Virus record (IMG/VR): IMGVR_UViG_3300032323_002779
Coordinates: 9,241-73,240 of that record
Source of the DNA: a virus
Reading direction: 5' to 3' (one strand)
DNA length: 64,000 nt
Positions 9,359-21,100 of the stretch are shown one piece after another. The stretch's first letter is position 1. Every line of letters begins with the position of its first letter. Position numbers and translations under genes: made by a program. The notes beneath the pieces are model-generated. The model made no database searches. It worked only from the letters and a program-made list of their open reading frames with translations, and was not told where the DNA came from.

Positions 9359-10705
9359 ATGGAACAAGAAAAACAGTTATTAGCGAGTTTATTAGCGTAT
9401 AATCAAATTCCTTTTGGAGATTACAAAAATTATGTAACTACCGATAGAGCAGTTGATTTATTTGTTCAGGGGACACCTAAACAGGAAATTGACAAAATGT
9501 TCGTTTCGGCAGGTTTACCCGTACCAAAAGACGAATACCAAGCGTCACAAATATTTCAAAGAATTTATAATGAAATTTCTAACGTAGATAAAACTTCCTA
9601 TTCGGGAACTTATCGTCAAGAGAAAGAGGAGGAACAACTACACAATCTATTAAATTCTTTACACGAAAACCCGCACACAATACAGGTGGGCGGAAGCGGA
9701 GTAAATATGCCTAATAGTGGAAATAGTTTCTCTAATATTTTAAATCAAATTGAAAGTGGCTTTGTTTCAGGTCAAGGTCAAGGTCAAGGACAAGGACAAG
9801 GTCAAGGTCAAGGTCAAGGTCAGGGACAAGGACAAGGTCAGGGTCAAGGTCAAGGACAAGGTCAGGGTCAAGGTCAAGGTCAGGGTCAAGGTCAAGGTCA
9901 AGGACAAGAACAGGGTCAGGGTCAAGGAGAAAGCGGAGGAGAAGAGGGAGGAGAAAGAGAGCAAGAGCAAGGTCAAGGGCAGGGTCAAAGTCAGCAGGAG
10001 CAAGAGCAAGAGCAACGGGAAAATGATTTAGAAAGAGAAATCAGACTTTGTAGTGAGCAGATTGCATCTTTGCAAATCACTTTAGCGGAACTTGAGGCTA
10101 AAAAGAAAAAAACACAAGCCGAACAAGACAATATTGAAAGTTTGGTAAAGCAAATAGCCGATTTAGAGAACCAAATTTATATAATGATGGGGGCTTTGAA
10201 TAATACTGAAGTATTGCAGGTTAACGACCAACAAGACTACGAATTGCCTTTGTATATGTTTGCCAATGTCAATAAACAATTAGGCGATTTAAAGTTTCAA
10301 ATAGCAAAAAAATCTAATGATATTGAAAATCCTTATTTGAACGAAGTTGAAGATAAAAAAAGACGCAACGATTTAATTATCGATGTGGTGCTAACTAACT
10401 TAAAATATTACACTTACCAAAAATTAAAAAACGAAAATAAATTGTTAGATTTGTACCTTACGGAAAAAGATTTAAAAGACCTTTTGATTAAATTCGGTAA
10501 AGGAAATTCAGTCGATAAAGTCGTTTTGAAAGTCAATGTGGCAGGTGCAGATGATTTAGTTATTGACAACGAAACAAGTATAGATTCTTTAGTTTATCAG
10601 TTGAACACAATTGAGAAAAACGTAGAAACTCTAAATAAAGATAAAAACATAGAACTTATTTTTACTGAAATGAAAAACGAATTACTAAATAAATTTATTA
10701 TATAA
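9359..10705 (+). CDS. Hypothetical protein with (GQ)n linker and coiled coil
   Basis: 448-aa ORF; stop overlaps the AAA+ start (TAATG). Confidence 0.75.
   Translation: MEQEKQLLASLLAYNQIPFGDYKNYVTTDRAVDLFVQGTPKQEIDKMFVSAGLPVPKDEYQASQIFQRIYNEISNVDKTSYSGTYRQEKEEEQLHNLLNSLHENPHTIQVGGSGVNMPNSGNSFSNILNQIESGFVSGQGQGQGQGQGQGQGQGQGQGQGQGQGQGQGQGQGQGQGQGQGQGQEQGQGQGESGGEEGGEREQEQGQGQGQSQQEQEQEQRENDLEREIRLCSEQIASLQITLAELEAKKKKTQAEQDNIESLVKQIADLENQIYIMMGALNNTEVLQVNDQQDYELPLYMFANVNKQLGDLKFQIAKKSNDIENPYLNEVEDKKRRNDLIIDVVLTNLKYYTYQKLKNENKLLDLYLTEKDLKDLLIKFGKGNSVDKVVLKVNVAGADDLVIDNETSIDSLVYQLNTIEKNVETLNKDKNIELIFTEMKNELLNKFII
9770..9928 (+). repeat. 6-nt tandem repeat encoding (GQ)n, about 23 uninterrupted units
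   Basis: GGTCAA/GGACAA/GGTCAG units with synonymous variation. Confidence 0.95.
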
Positions 10706-12117
10706 TGGAAGATAATACAAGAGAAATAGAAAAATACCAAAGAATCATCGACAACAACGACCCCGATAGTGTTGCGGTCAAAGTTGCGAAAGAACGGTTA
10801 GCCCAAATTCAACAACGTAAAAAAGTCGATGTTGACAAAGATTTTTCAGGAGTAGTTACTTCTATAAACACCTTAATCGATAAGGTTTACAATAGTAATG
10901 CGAGTTTGTCTAATAGAGATATTGACAATGCTATTAACGAAAGACTTAAAAAGTTCAAGATTAAAGAAACCAATCTTTCTCCTGAACTTCAAAAGTTAAT
11001 TGGGGAAACGAAAACTATTGAGGTAAAAGTAAATAACGTAAAAACTTTTGGTGGTAAAACAGGCGAAGACCGAAGATTAATCGATGTTTTATTATCTGAC
11101 TATGAGGCGCAAAACAACGTGTATTTGTACGGGGAGGCGGGAACAGGTAAAACTTTCGTAGCAGGTATTATTGCTGACAGAATTAACTACAAGTTGATTA
11201 CCTTGAACTGTAACCAATATACTTCTCCTTTGGATATTTTAGGGGGACAAACAATTGACGGTTATCAAGAGGGTAGGTTGACCGAAGCGTGGGGGAATAT
11301 CGATTTAGGATTAAATGCCAAAAATCAGCCTTACGAGGGTGCTTTATTGCTTTTGGACGAGTTGCCTAAAATCGACCCTAACACCGCAGGTTTATTGAAT
11401 GACGCTTTAGCGAAAATCAAAGATGCCGTCAAAGTAGTTGAATTGGCTAACGGAAGCAAAATAGAAGTTCAACCTACAATATCAAACGGTAGAGGGCAAA
11501 GAATTTCAAGAGCAAAGATTTTCATTATTGCCACAGGTAACTCTTTGCTGAACGAAGCAAACAAAGACTACGAGGCGAATTTTAAACAGGACTTGTCGTT
11601 GCAAGACCGTTTTGCGGGAAGTTGTTACAGAATTACATACAACTACAAATTTGAGTATGAAAAAATAATGACAAACATATCTTCTGACAGTTTCCCTGAC
11701 GGAACTATTATCGATATGACCTTTGCGTTTAACTTCTTGGCTCAATTGCGTATGAAAATTGTAGAGAAGAAATTGACAGGTATTGCTTTCGTTTCAACTC
11801 GTTTAATGATTGTAGCGAGAGATACTTTTATTGCTTACCTTGTGAACAGAGAGCAAACACCAAACGTTATACCAAGACCTAAAAAGTTAAGCGAGGTTGT
11901 TAAGTCGTTCTTGTCTTTGTTTTCACAACAACAAAAAGAAACAATTGAGCAGGAATTGTCGGCAGAATTTAAAGCGTTTTACGACACCTGTGACGTCAAA
12001 GATGTAACGCCTTTGGCGCAATTAAATACGGCGACTGACGAAGAAAAAGAAACTGCTAAACTGATTATTGAAGAAGCAGAAAAAAAATACGCTGACATTA
12101 GCGCAATTCCGTTATAA
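10705..12117 (+). CDS. MoxR/CbbQ/CobS-type AAA+ ATPase
   Basis: LYGEAGTGKT Walker A, LLLLDE Walker B, IATGN sensor I, QDLSLQDRF arginine finger, VSTR sensor II. Confidence 0.85.
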   Translation: MEDNTREIEKYQRIIDNNDPDSVAVKVAKERLAQIQQRKKVDVDKDFSGVVTSINTLIDKVYNSNASLSNRDIDNAINERLKKFKIKETNLSPELQKLIGETKTIEVKVNNVKTFGGKTGEDRRLIDVLLSDYEAQNNVYLYGEAGTGKTFVAGIIADRINYKLITLNCNQYTSPLDILGGQTIDGYQEGRLTEAWGNIDLGLNAKNQPYEGALLLLDELPKIDPNTAGLLNDALAKIKDAVKVVELANGSKIEVQPTISNGRGQRISRAKIFIIATGNSLLNEANKDYEANFKQDLSLQDRFAGSCYRITYNYKFEYEKIMTNISSDSFPDGTIIDMTFAFNFLAQLRMKIVEKKLTGIAFVSTRLMIVARDTFIAYLVNREQTPNVIPRPKKLSEVVKSFLSLFSQQQKETIEQELSAEFKAFYDTCDVKDVTPLAQLNTATDEEKETAKLIIEEAEKKYADISAIPL

Positions 12118-12120
12118 GAT

Positions 12121-13710
12121 ATGATAAATGCAACTCTTGCAAATAGATTAGAATTTTACTTCTACAATTCTCAAAGAGATTTGTTAAAAGAAGTTGAAGA
12201 CTATTGGTTGAATAATCCAACAGAGGTGGATTCAATCAATAGTTATTCTACATCTGATAGAGATATTCGGAATTCTCCAAGTTTTTACGGCTACGACCCT
12301 AATAGCCCTAAAACTCTTGCGGAGCAGTTTTCTTATGACGAGATTAAAGCATTTAGCGATATGCCTTTGTTGGAAAGCACTTTAAATAGTTTTTCTGATA
12401 TTAGAAAAAACTTGGACTTGGGAGGCGATTTTGATTCAGCAAGAATGAAGTTTACTTCCTTGCCTAAAGGGGTTTTTAATTTTGGCGTTGCCTCAAAAGG
12501 TTTGTACAGAAAAGTTGAGTATTATGACGAAGCAAACGATGTTGTAGTCGATAGCAACCTTGTTTTGCAAAGCGAAATAAATAATACCCCGTATTACATC
12601 TTTAAAGGAAACAGAGTTTATTTAAGAAAGCAACAAGAGGGTACTTCTTTGATTGAAAAATATTGCAAAGACGTAAAAGTTGAATATTCAGAGGTTCATA
12701 AATTGAGTTTGCCTTTTAAAGACGGTAAAATTTATAATGGTTGTGGATTTGAGGTAGATAAAGAAAAAGGTATTTACGCAAAATTGAAGTACGCTACCAC
12801 TACCAAAAAAGTCTTTATGTATAGAGAGAAACTTGGTGGCGGAATTTCGCCTTACGTTGATTTATTCATAGTTGTAGGAGGTCTTGGAGATGTTGATACA
12901 GAGAATATGTTGGCTAAAAACTTACCGACATTTATCGTTGCTGACATTTTGGAAAAAGCGGGTGTTAAGGTTAGGATATATGGGGTTAGAGGGTATGATA
13001 CACCTGAAAACACATTGGTTTTTTTACCTTTTGCTATAAAAGAGTACGGAGAAACGCTCGACTTTGGAAATCTTGCCTCTTTTACTTCTGACATACGTTT
13101 TTTCAGGGTAAATCTTTGGCGCAGTTTGGCTACTGTTAGAAGAATGGCTCAAAAGGCAAATGACCCAAATAGCACGAATTATCCTTACGGGTATGGTTCT
13201 ACTTTATATGGGTTTAAAAACGGTCAGCGTGATGACTTATACGATGCTTTTCAAATGTTTAAAAATTGGGTTTTTAATCAAAAAGGCTCTGTAAGAAATA
13301 CAACAAAAATTAACGACAAAGGATTAATGATTCTTGGTGGTTTAAGAAATTTGAGCAGTACCGATAGGTTGACAAGTACAAATCAAGCACAGACTTTTCA
13401 AAAAATAAAAGAAGAGGTTTATAGAATTTTGGATTATGTAGGTATGTTGTTGACTAACAACCCCTCAAAATTCATTCAAAATATTTACATCAGGGAGAAA
13501 GAAGACCCTAAATACGCAAATTTATCCGATGCTTATGTAAAGCAGGTAATTACAGGATATTTGTCAGGTTTAATAAGGGATAATCTTCAAATCGTTCCAA
13601 ATTTAGGCGACCCAAGATTAAAGGTTTACGAAACGCCTACTGATGAAGTTTTAAGAATCAAAGAAAGAACAGACGACTTGATTAAGGCAATCGAAAAAAC
13701 ATTAAGGTAA
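12121..13710 (+). CDS. Hypothetical protein, probable vWA-like partner of the AAA+ ATPase
   Basis: Position directly after a MoxR-type ATPase; alpha/beta C-terminal half (VDLFIVVGG..ADILEKAGVKVRIYG); no clear MIDAS motif. Confidence 0.45.
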   Translation: MINATLANRLEFYFYNSQRDLLKEVEDYWLNNPTEVDSINSYSTSDRDIRNSPSFYGYDPNSPKTLAEQFSYDEIKAFSDMPLLESTLNSFSDIRKNLDLGGDFDSARMKFTSLPKGVFNFGVASKGLYRKVEYYDEANDVVVDSNLVLQSEINNTPYYIFKGNRVYLRKQQEGTSLIEKYCKDVKVEYSEVHKLSLPFKDGKIYNGCGFEVDKEKGIYAKLKYATTTKKVFMYREKLGGGISPYVDLFIVVGGLGDVDTENMLAKNLPTFIVADILEKAGVKVRIYGVRGYDTPENTLVFLPFAIKEYGETLDFGNLASFTSDIRFFRVNLWRSLATVRRMAQKANDPNSTNYPYGYGSTLYGFKNGQRDDLYDAFQMFKNWVFNQKGSVRNTTKINDKGLMILGGLRNLSSTDRLTSTNQAQTFQKIKEEVYRILDYVGMLLTNNPSKFIQNIYIREKEDPKYANLSDAYVKQVITGYLSGLIRDNLQIVPNLGDPRLKVYETPTDEVLRIKERTDDLIKAIEKTLR

Positions 13711-13711
13711 G

Positions 13712-13987
13712 ATGATAGAAGAAGTAACAAAGCGGAAAAAATATTACCAAGATTTTGGTAAACATAAAAACGTGTCTTTAAGTAAAGTTGAGGTGTTGAA
13801 GCACCCTGAAATTCCAAACACTTTTTTTATTCACGTCAATTACCATATTGGAGAGGGCGGTATTTACAAGGAAACAGAGATACTTGAAACATACATTCCT
13901 GAAAAGGGTTGGCAAAGTTTAGAAGACGGAATGACAAGGTTGGAATACGGTGCTTTTTTAGGCGATTTAAAGCCAACAGAAATTTAA
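13712..13987 (+). CDS. Hypothetical protein
   Basis: 91-aa ORF tightly packed in the operon. Confidence 0.7.
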   Translation: MIEEVTKRKKYYQDFGKHKNVSLSKVEVLKHPEIPNTFFIHVNYHIGEGGIYKETEILETYIPEKGWQSLEDGMTRLEYGAFLGDLKPTEI

Positions 13988-14003
13988 TTTTAAAAGGTAA
14001 GAG

Positions 14004-15134
14004 ATGGAATTAATAATGGATTATAAAGAGGGTGGTTTAATATATGATTGGCGAGGCAATATGTACTTGGTTTCATTTAAGACCCTTTACAACTTGGTTT
14101 TGATAGAGTTTCAAAACGAAATTAAAAATGACAATCCGTATTCTCAATGGCAAGGTAATTTGCCTTTGTTCACTTGGAAAAATTATAATTTAACCAATTT
14201 GGACGATATTCGTGAACTAAATACAAAATTTGATGGTTCAGGTATGGTAACTGCCCCTGTGGGAGATTATAAAAAGGTTTATGGGGTTGAAATAGGTTCT
14301 GTTGTTGAGTTCGATTATAAGCAAATGATGTTGGTCGGACAAACAGACAGAAAGATTTTAAGTTTCACGCTAAAAAGACCTGTTTTATTTGATTTTAATA
14401 AGGTAAAAGAAAAATACATAGTATTTGATAGGTTGAACAAATTAAGCGATTTGCAGAGAGAATTTGATGCTAATTGGTCTGAATATCTAATAACTCCTTT
14501 TGCTTCAAAAGAAAACATTGATTGGACTGTTGTTAGAGATAGATTGCCTTTTGAAGAAGTTTTTACTAAATCGTTGATTATCGACACTTTTAAATATGCA
14601 ACAACTTCGGACATAACTTTAGATGAATTTTATAGTGTAATTGACACTAAAAAGTTAAATCAGATTAAAGACGAAAGCATTAAAAATGAGATTGTAGAAC
14701 TCATAAAACAAACTTTGGTTCTTGCAAAAGAAAACAACAGTATCGGTGTTAAGGCAGAACCTAAAAAGACTGTCGAACCAATAAATGTAGTTGATGATGA
14801 AAATGCGGGTAAAACTCTTTACAGGATAAATGTTGTTGTTTCAGCAATGGAAAAAGACGGCGGGACTAAATATCCTAAAATCTATGATGTTTATGCTGAT
14901 AACGAAACGGAAGCATTAGAGAAAATAAGGCAGGATTTTAAAGACGATGAAGATTTTAGATTAGGCGATTTGTACTATGACTATGATGAAATTGTAGAAG
15001 TAATTCCTCCGACTAAAAAAGAGCCTGTTTTAGAAAAACCGATTGAAGAAACAGATAATCTTGATGATTTGTTGGCACTTTATCAAATTGAAGAAACCGA
15101 AAATCTTGACGACTTATTAAAACTATACGAATAA
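14004..15134 (+). CDS. Hypothetical protein with N-terminal YKEGG and duplicated C-terminal NLDDLL.LY helix
   Basis: 376-aa ORF. Confidence 0.75.
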   Translation: MELIMDYKEGGLIYDWRGNMYLVSFKTLYNLVLIEFQNEIKNDNPYSQWQGNLPLFTWKNYNLTNLDDIRELNTKFDGSGMVTAPVGDYKKVYGVEIGSVVEFDYKQMMLVGQTDRKILSFTLKRPVLFDFNKVKEKYIVFDRLNKLSDLQREFDANWSEYLITPFASKENIDWTVVRDRLPFEEVFTKSLIIDTFKYATTSDITLDEFYSVIDTKKLNQIKDESIKNEIVELIKQTLVLAKENNSIGVKAEPKKTVEPINVVDDENAGKTLYRINVVVSAMEKDGGTKYPKIYDVYADNETEALEKIRQDFKDDEDFRLGDLYYDYDEIVEVIPPTKKEPVLEKPIEETDNLDDLLALYQIEETENLDDLLKLYE

Positions 15135-15149
15135 TTAAAAATTAAAAAT

Positions 15150-18100
15150 ATGAACGCTACTTTATTAAAAAAATACGAAACGATTGACCAATCTAAAGTG
15201 TCTGAAAAAGACAAAAAAGTATTGGAGCAAGTGAAAAAACTTACCAATAGTTTCGAGGAAACCGATGAAGCAAAAAACAAAGTTGCTGAAAAGATATTAG
15301 ACCAAATTACAATGCTTAATCCTGATGCCGTAAAAAAGCCACAGGTGGTTGCTCAAAAAGTAGCCAAAGCGAAGAAAGTTGCTAAAGCAAAAAAACCTGC
15401 CACTACGTCAACCGCTAAAGGTTCAGGAAACAACATTATGTCTGTTGCCAAAGAAATCCAAAAAGCAGGAGAGTCTTGGAAAGATGCTATGGAACGTGCC
15501 AAACAAGTTCTTAAAGAGCGTAGAGAAAAAGTTGTTGAACAAAAGAAAACAGAATTAGAAAAACTTTATGCTCTTGTTAAAACTAAAAAAGAGTTGCAGG
15601 GTTTTGCGAAATCTGATATTCAACGTGACGCAGTTCGTGATGCTAAACCGAGAGGAGCGAGAGTTGTAACAAAAGCAGGTAAAACTTATAATCAATACGG
15701 AGAGTGGGATAACAAGATTGGAAGAAAGTATTGGGAAACTCGTGACCGCCACTCTGACCGTTTAGCACCTAACTACCCAAAAGATATGCCTAAATTGGCA
15801 AGTGGGGGTGCGGTAAGCGATGCTCCTTTTTCCGTTGAGGTTTTTAAAACTAAATTGAGATTCGATAATCAACTTCCAAGTTCCTCAAAAGGCGACTTCC
15901 CAACATTTGCTAAAGCAAAAGAGTTTGCTATTGATATGATTGACAACGGTAATTACTACGCTTACATAAACAGTAAAAATGGTTACTTATGGGGGGTTGA
16001 TTCTAAAGGTGTAGAGCAATTTGCTGACGGCGGAATGTTCAACACAAATGTTCATAGCGGTACTGCTTTTATGGATAATGCCTACTTCGCAGATGGCGGA
16101 GAATTAGATGATGAAATGCTTAAAAGCATATATTCTATAACTGAATTGACAAGTAAAAGGGAGCATAAGGCTTACATTGCTCTTCAAAATAAAAACAATA
16201 AATACGATATTATATTTGAGCCGTATGAGAAATACATAAACAATAGAGAGGATTATAAGGACTATAAAAAACTTTATCAAGCAGGAGTACGCCATTTAGA
16301 CGGAACTCCTTATTATGATAACGGTGGTAATGTAGGTCAAAAGAAATACCAAGTACAATATAATGTTGGAAACGTTAAGTATTTGGTTAGTTTCCACGAT
16401 GGTATTCAGAAACATAAAGACGGTAGTAATTTTTATGAAATTAGGACTTTTAATAACAAAAAAGACCTTGAGGATTTCTTAAACAAATTATCAAAACAGG
16501 GTTACAGAGAAATGGGTTATAATACTGCTTTTGATAATGGCGGAATGTTTGAAGCCCCTATCGCAAAAATGAAAGAGGTTAAAGGCAAAACTGTTAGTGT
16601 GCCTGTAAGTGAAGAAATATACAGTTCAGAGATTAACGAGTTCGTTAACTATGTAGATTCTTTTTATGGTAAAAAAGGAATTTACGCAGAAGATTTGAAC
16701 GGTGGTTTTACAAAAGCGGAAATTAGAAAAGCGGTCAATAAATACATTGAAAACTTAAACTCTAATGGAACTTGGGGTGGTGGAGATTCTTTGGACAGAG
16801 AGCGTGTTAGACAGATATTGCAACCGTCATATAGTTTGTTAGAAAACGGAGGTGGAATTGATGGCGGAATGAACAAATTAACAATTCAGGACGTTTCTTT
16901 CGCAAACGGCGGTGGCGTTGGTAAAATGCCTGAATGGTCTGTATCTATTACAAGCGAAGATGGAGATACTTATGATTGGGTAGGTTTTGCTAAAAACGAA
17001 GACGATGCTTTATATAAAGCGGAACAAGAGGCGGGTTTTGAAAGCGTTGAATCGGGTATTAACGAAATTACCGATGCAGACGGTAATAAAATTGAATATG
17101 CAAACGGCGGTTCGCTTCCGTTTATGACAGACCCGAACTTTGGTAATTTCCAAGATACAGGTATGTTTGAGAGTGGTGGTAGTATGGCAAACTTAACCGA
17201 GCAAGAATTTTTGAAACAATACTTTGGCGTGAATGTATTTACTGAAAACCCGTCACAATACTTTGAAATTAAAAAAATGTCAAGTTCTAATGATGACAAA
17301 ATAGATGCTTTTGTAAAAGAGTTAAAAGCGGACGGCTTTACTGTTAAGAAAAGAGCGTACTCTGATTTTACCTCTGTAATGGGTGTTAAAAAGAAAGGTT
17401 CTTACGAACTTGGCGGTGCGTTTGTGATGACTGATTTAGCAGGTCACACGGGAGGTTCTGACGGTTTGGGTAATCCAATGCCTTTAAGCGGTACTTCAGG
17501 GACTTATTACACGGGTCTTGTAGGAGAAACAGGTGCTATGTCAAGCGGAGAGTTGTTTGCAAGAGGTGGTGCAGTTGGAGATAATGTTTTAGGATTGAAA
17601 AAAGGAGATATTTATAAAATTATAGATACATTCCATACCGCAAGTTATGATACAACAATGTCAGTATTTACTTTTATAGACTACGAAGACAAATACGGCG
17701 AAATCGTATTAAAGTCTATACCTTTTCCTCCAAACCCAAAACGAAAAAATGATTTTATTTATGTTTCTGATGTTTCAAGTGACGGAATAAAAATTTTAAA
17801 TGACGAAGAGATTGGTCAAGTAATTTCGAGAAAATATAAAAATTTCGTTCAAAATAATTACGAAGCAGGTGGAGTTATGGCTCAAAACCAACAAGTAATC
17901 AACGATGCTTCTCAACCTTATGTAATTACCGAAGCATTTGGAAATCCTGCTCAACAACTTGGTATGTTGGCTAAAGGAGGGTCAATAGAAAATCAATATG
18001 AGGGTAGAACTCCTGAAGATGTTTGGGATAATTGGACGGAAAAACAAAAAATACATTTTTTATTAGACCATATATCGAACAAAGAGATTGTTAAATCTTC

Positions 18101-21100
18101 TAATTTAGAAGAAATATGTAAATTAACAGGAAGCGAGTTAATGGATTTTGAAAATCGTAAAATTATTGATGGTATTAAAGTTGTAGATATTAGAAATGCT
18201 TTAGTCATTCACGTTAGAGAGGGTCAATACGCTAAAGGTGGTTCAATCCCTAATAATTATGAGGGAAGAGAACCTGAAGATATTTGGAATAATTGGGATT
18301 TATCACAAAAATTACATTTTTTAAGTGACCATACCGAAGAAGTTTATGGAAGAATATCAGTAAAAGGAGAAACAAATGATGAAATAAACGAGTTTTTCGG
18401 AAAATTGATTTATAAAAAATATGAGGACTTACCTCTAAACACAAAATTTGCTTTAGTTATGCACACAACTCGTGGTCAATACGCAAGTGGCGGTTCATTA
18501 GGCGAAGAGTTAATGGGAGGTCAATCTAACGCAACTTTAAAACCAAGTGGTTATCATTTAGTTTCTGCAAAAGGTAGAGAAATAATCGTTTCTGATGACG
18601 GAGGAAACTCTAAAGAGAGATGGGTTAAAAATAACGGATTTAGTGGTTATAGACTTGTTTACAAAGGAAACGACTATGAGTTTACAGATAGTTTTGAGGG
18701 AGGCGGAATGTTCGACCCAAACGTTTCTGACGGAACTCAATTTATGAATGGGGTTTATGCTAACGGCGGTTCGATTGAAGAGGGCGATAAAGTTACAATA
18801 ACAACGAGTTCTTTAGGAAAAGACTATGTAGGTATGTCAGGAACTATAACTTCAAGAAAGTTGTTGAATGACAAATATTCTGTTAGATTATCAAATGGAC
18901 TTGAAATGGCTTTTAGCAAAGACGAATTCAAACATAATTCTATAAATCCAAGATTTGCCAAAGGCGGATTTGTAGGAACAGTTGAATTTAATGCAGGAGA
19001 TATTGTTTGGCAAAAAGACGAAAAACGATACGCTTTTGTAATGAATAATTACGGCGACCCTATTAACGGAAGTAGCGGAGAGATTAGACTTGACACAACA
19101 GGGAATACGCCTATTTTTACTTATAATAAAAATTTTACAAAGGAAACAGGTTACAACCTTGTTAAATTAGGAGAAAAAGGCGATACAGGAAAATTTACTC
19201 CTGAAGTTCTCGCTGAAATGAAAGAACAAGGAAAAAAGTATTTAGATTCTGCAAAAAGTAATAAAGGAAGCCAACAAAAAGAAAATATCGCTTACATCGA
19301 AAAAGTTGTAAGAAGAACTCTTGACGGAGAGTTTGACGATATGGTTAAACCAACTATCTCAAGTGAAACTACTTATGTTCCAAACGCAGACGTAAAGGAA
19401 TTAAGTGTGGTTGTTAAGGGGGAATTGAAAAATTTAACGGGTTCTGATATTGTAAACGGAGTTTATATCAAAAATACAGGCAAATCTACTCCCAAAGCAG
19501 ATGCCAATGCCGTGTTTGCTAAAATCCTTAAAGATGCTAAAGAAGCAAAGGTTGGAAAGTCTAAAAAATTCGATGCTACTGATTTGAAGAAAATAAATCT
19601 TGAAATGGTGCAAAAACTTGTTGAAGCAGGTTATACAGAACAACAAATAAGAAATATTATTTTCGGCTACGCTTTTGATAACGAAATTATTGCTGATAAC
19701 GAACTTGAATACGATAATGGTATTTTTTCTTATGAAGAAAGTTATGTTGCTCAAAAAGTAGATGGTTTGGTTCAGGCTAAAAAAGAGAATGAGTTTGTAT
19801 TAGGAATTGAATATCCTGATTTTGATTGGCAAGGTATTATTAAAAAATACAAAATATCTTCTAAACCAAAAGATTTGGTTCGCAAATTAAGAGCGGGAAG
19901 TTGGGGTCATACTGAATATTTCTACGAAGTGTTCGTAGGGGAAAATATTGTGTTAGGTCACAATTACGGATACAAAAATTTTGATGCTGACGGAAAAGTG
20001 AAAGACGACTATATTGAGAAAGGTAAAAAAGTTTCAGACCCTACTAAACAAAATGCTTGGCAAAAAGAAAGAGAGTATAGAGCAGGTTTTAATGGTGGTT
20101 ATTGGTATATCGTTTCTTCAAAAATCGAGATTATCGATGATGTTTTGAAAACCTTACTTGCTCAAAAAGGAGGGTATTGCAAAGAAATATCGTTTTATGA
20201 TGATAATTTTGCTGAAACATTAACTGAAAACAAAATTTCTTTTGCTGATGGTGGCGCAATCGGAATCGGTAAAAATGGATATGTAGCCTTTTACAAAGGA
20301 AAACGTATTGAAGTTTATGCTGACACTATGTATGAAGCACAAAAGACCGCTTCTCAACATTTTAAAGCACGAAAAGATTACGATGTAAACGTTGTATTGG
20401 CAGAGGTTGACGGTAAGCCTTATATTAACTCTACTATGTTTGCTGACGGTGGCTCTATGTCGGAAGACGTGTCGGAGTGTAAGAAACTTGTTTCTGCTTT
20501 CTGTAAAGAATTTGGAGATAAATTTGGTCTTAATGAAGAAGCGATTTTAGAAAAAGTTAAGTTTAGAGATTATCTTGGATATGGCGCAAGTGTTTTTGTT
20601 AGTCTTTCAGTTTCTTCAAATGTTACAGATTTAAAAGTAGGAGAAACAAGACCGACAGGAGGTTATATAATTTTTACAAGTGACATTAATCCAAATGGAG
20701 TTACAGGTAAAGACGATATAGCAAGAACTTACACTATTGATATTGAAATAAAAGGAAGTAAAAGATATACCCAAAGAAGAACGGAAGAGGGTAGATACTT
20801 TAAGTCTTACAATTACGGAAGAACAATTGAGGAGGCTATGGATAAAACCGATACTAAAATAATTTACGACCTATATCCTTTAGAGAAAAAAGATGATTTA
20901 AAATTTAAAATGAGTCATCTATTTGCTGACGGCGGAGGTGTTTCAGGAAAATTAGAAAGCGGTGTTTATAGAGTTGGTAAACCAACAAAAGTTTCGGCTA
21001 ATTTGTACGAACAAAAAATTGCTGAAATTTTTGATAATGGAGATATTTCAACTGCAAGTGATTACGGAAGAAAGTTGGGCGATTTTAAATCTCAAAAATA

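Noticed and set aside
9750-10031. Alternate-frame ORFs (VK)n on + and (LT)n on -
   Set aside because: Shadows of the (GQ)n hexamer repeat
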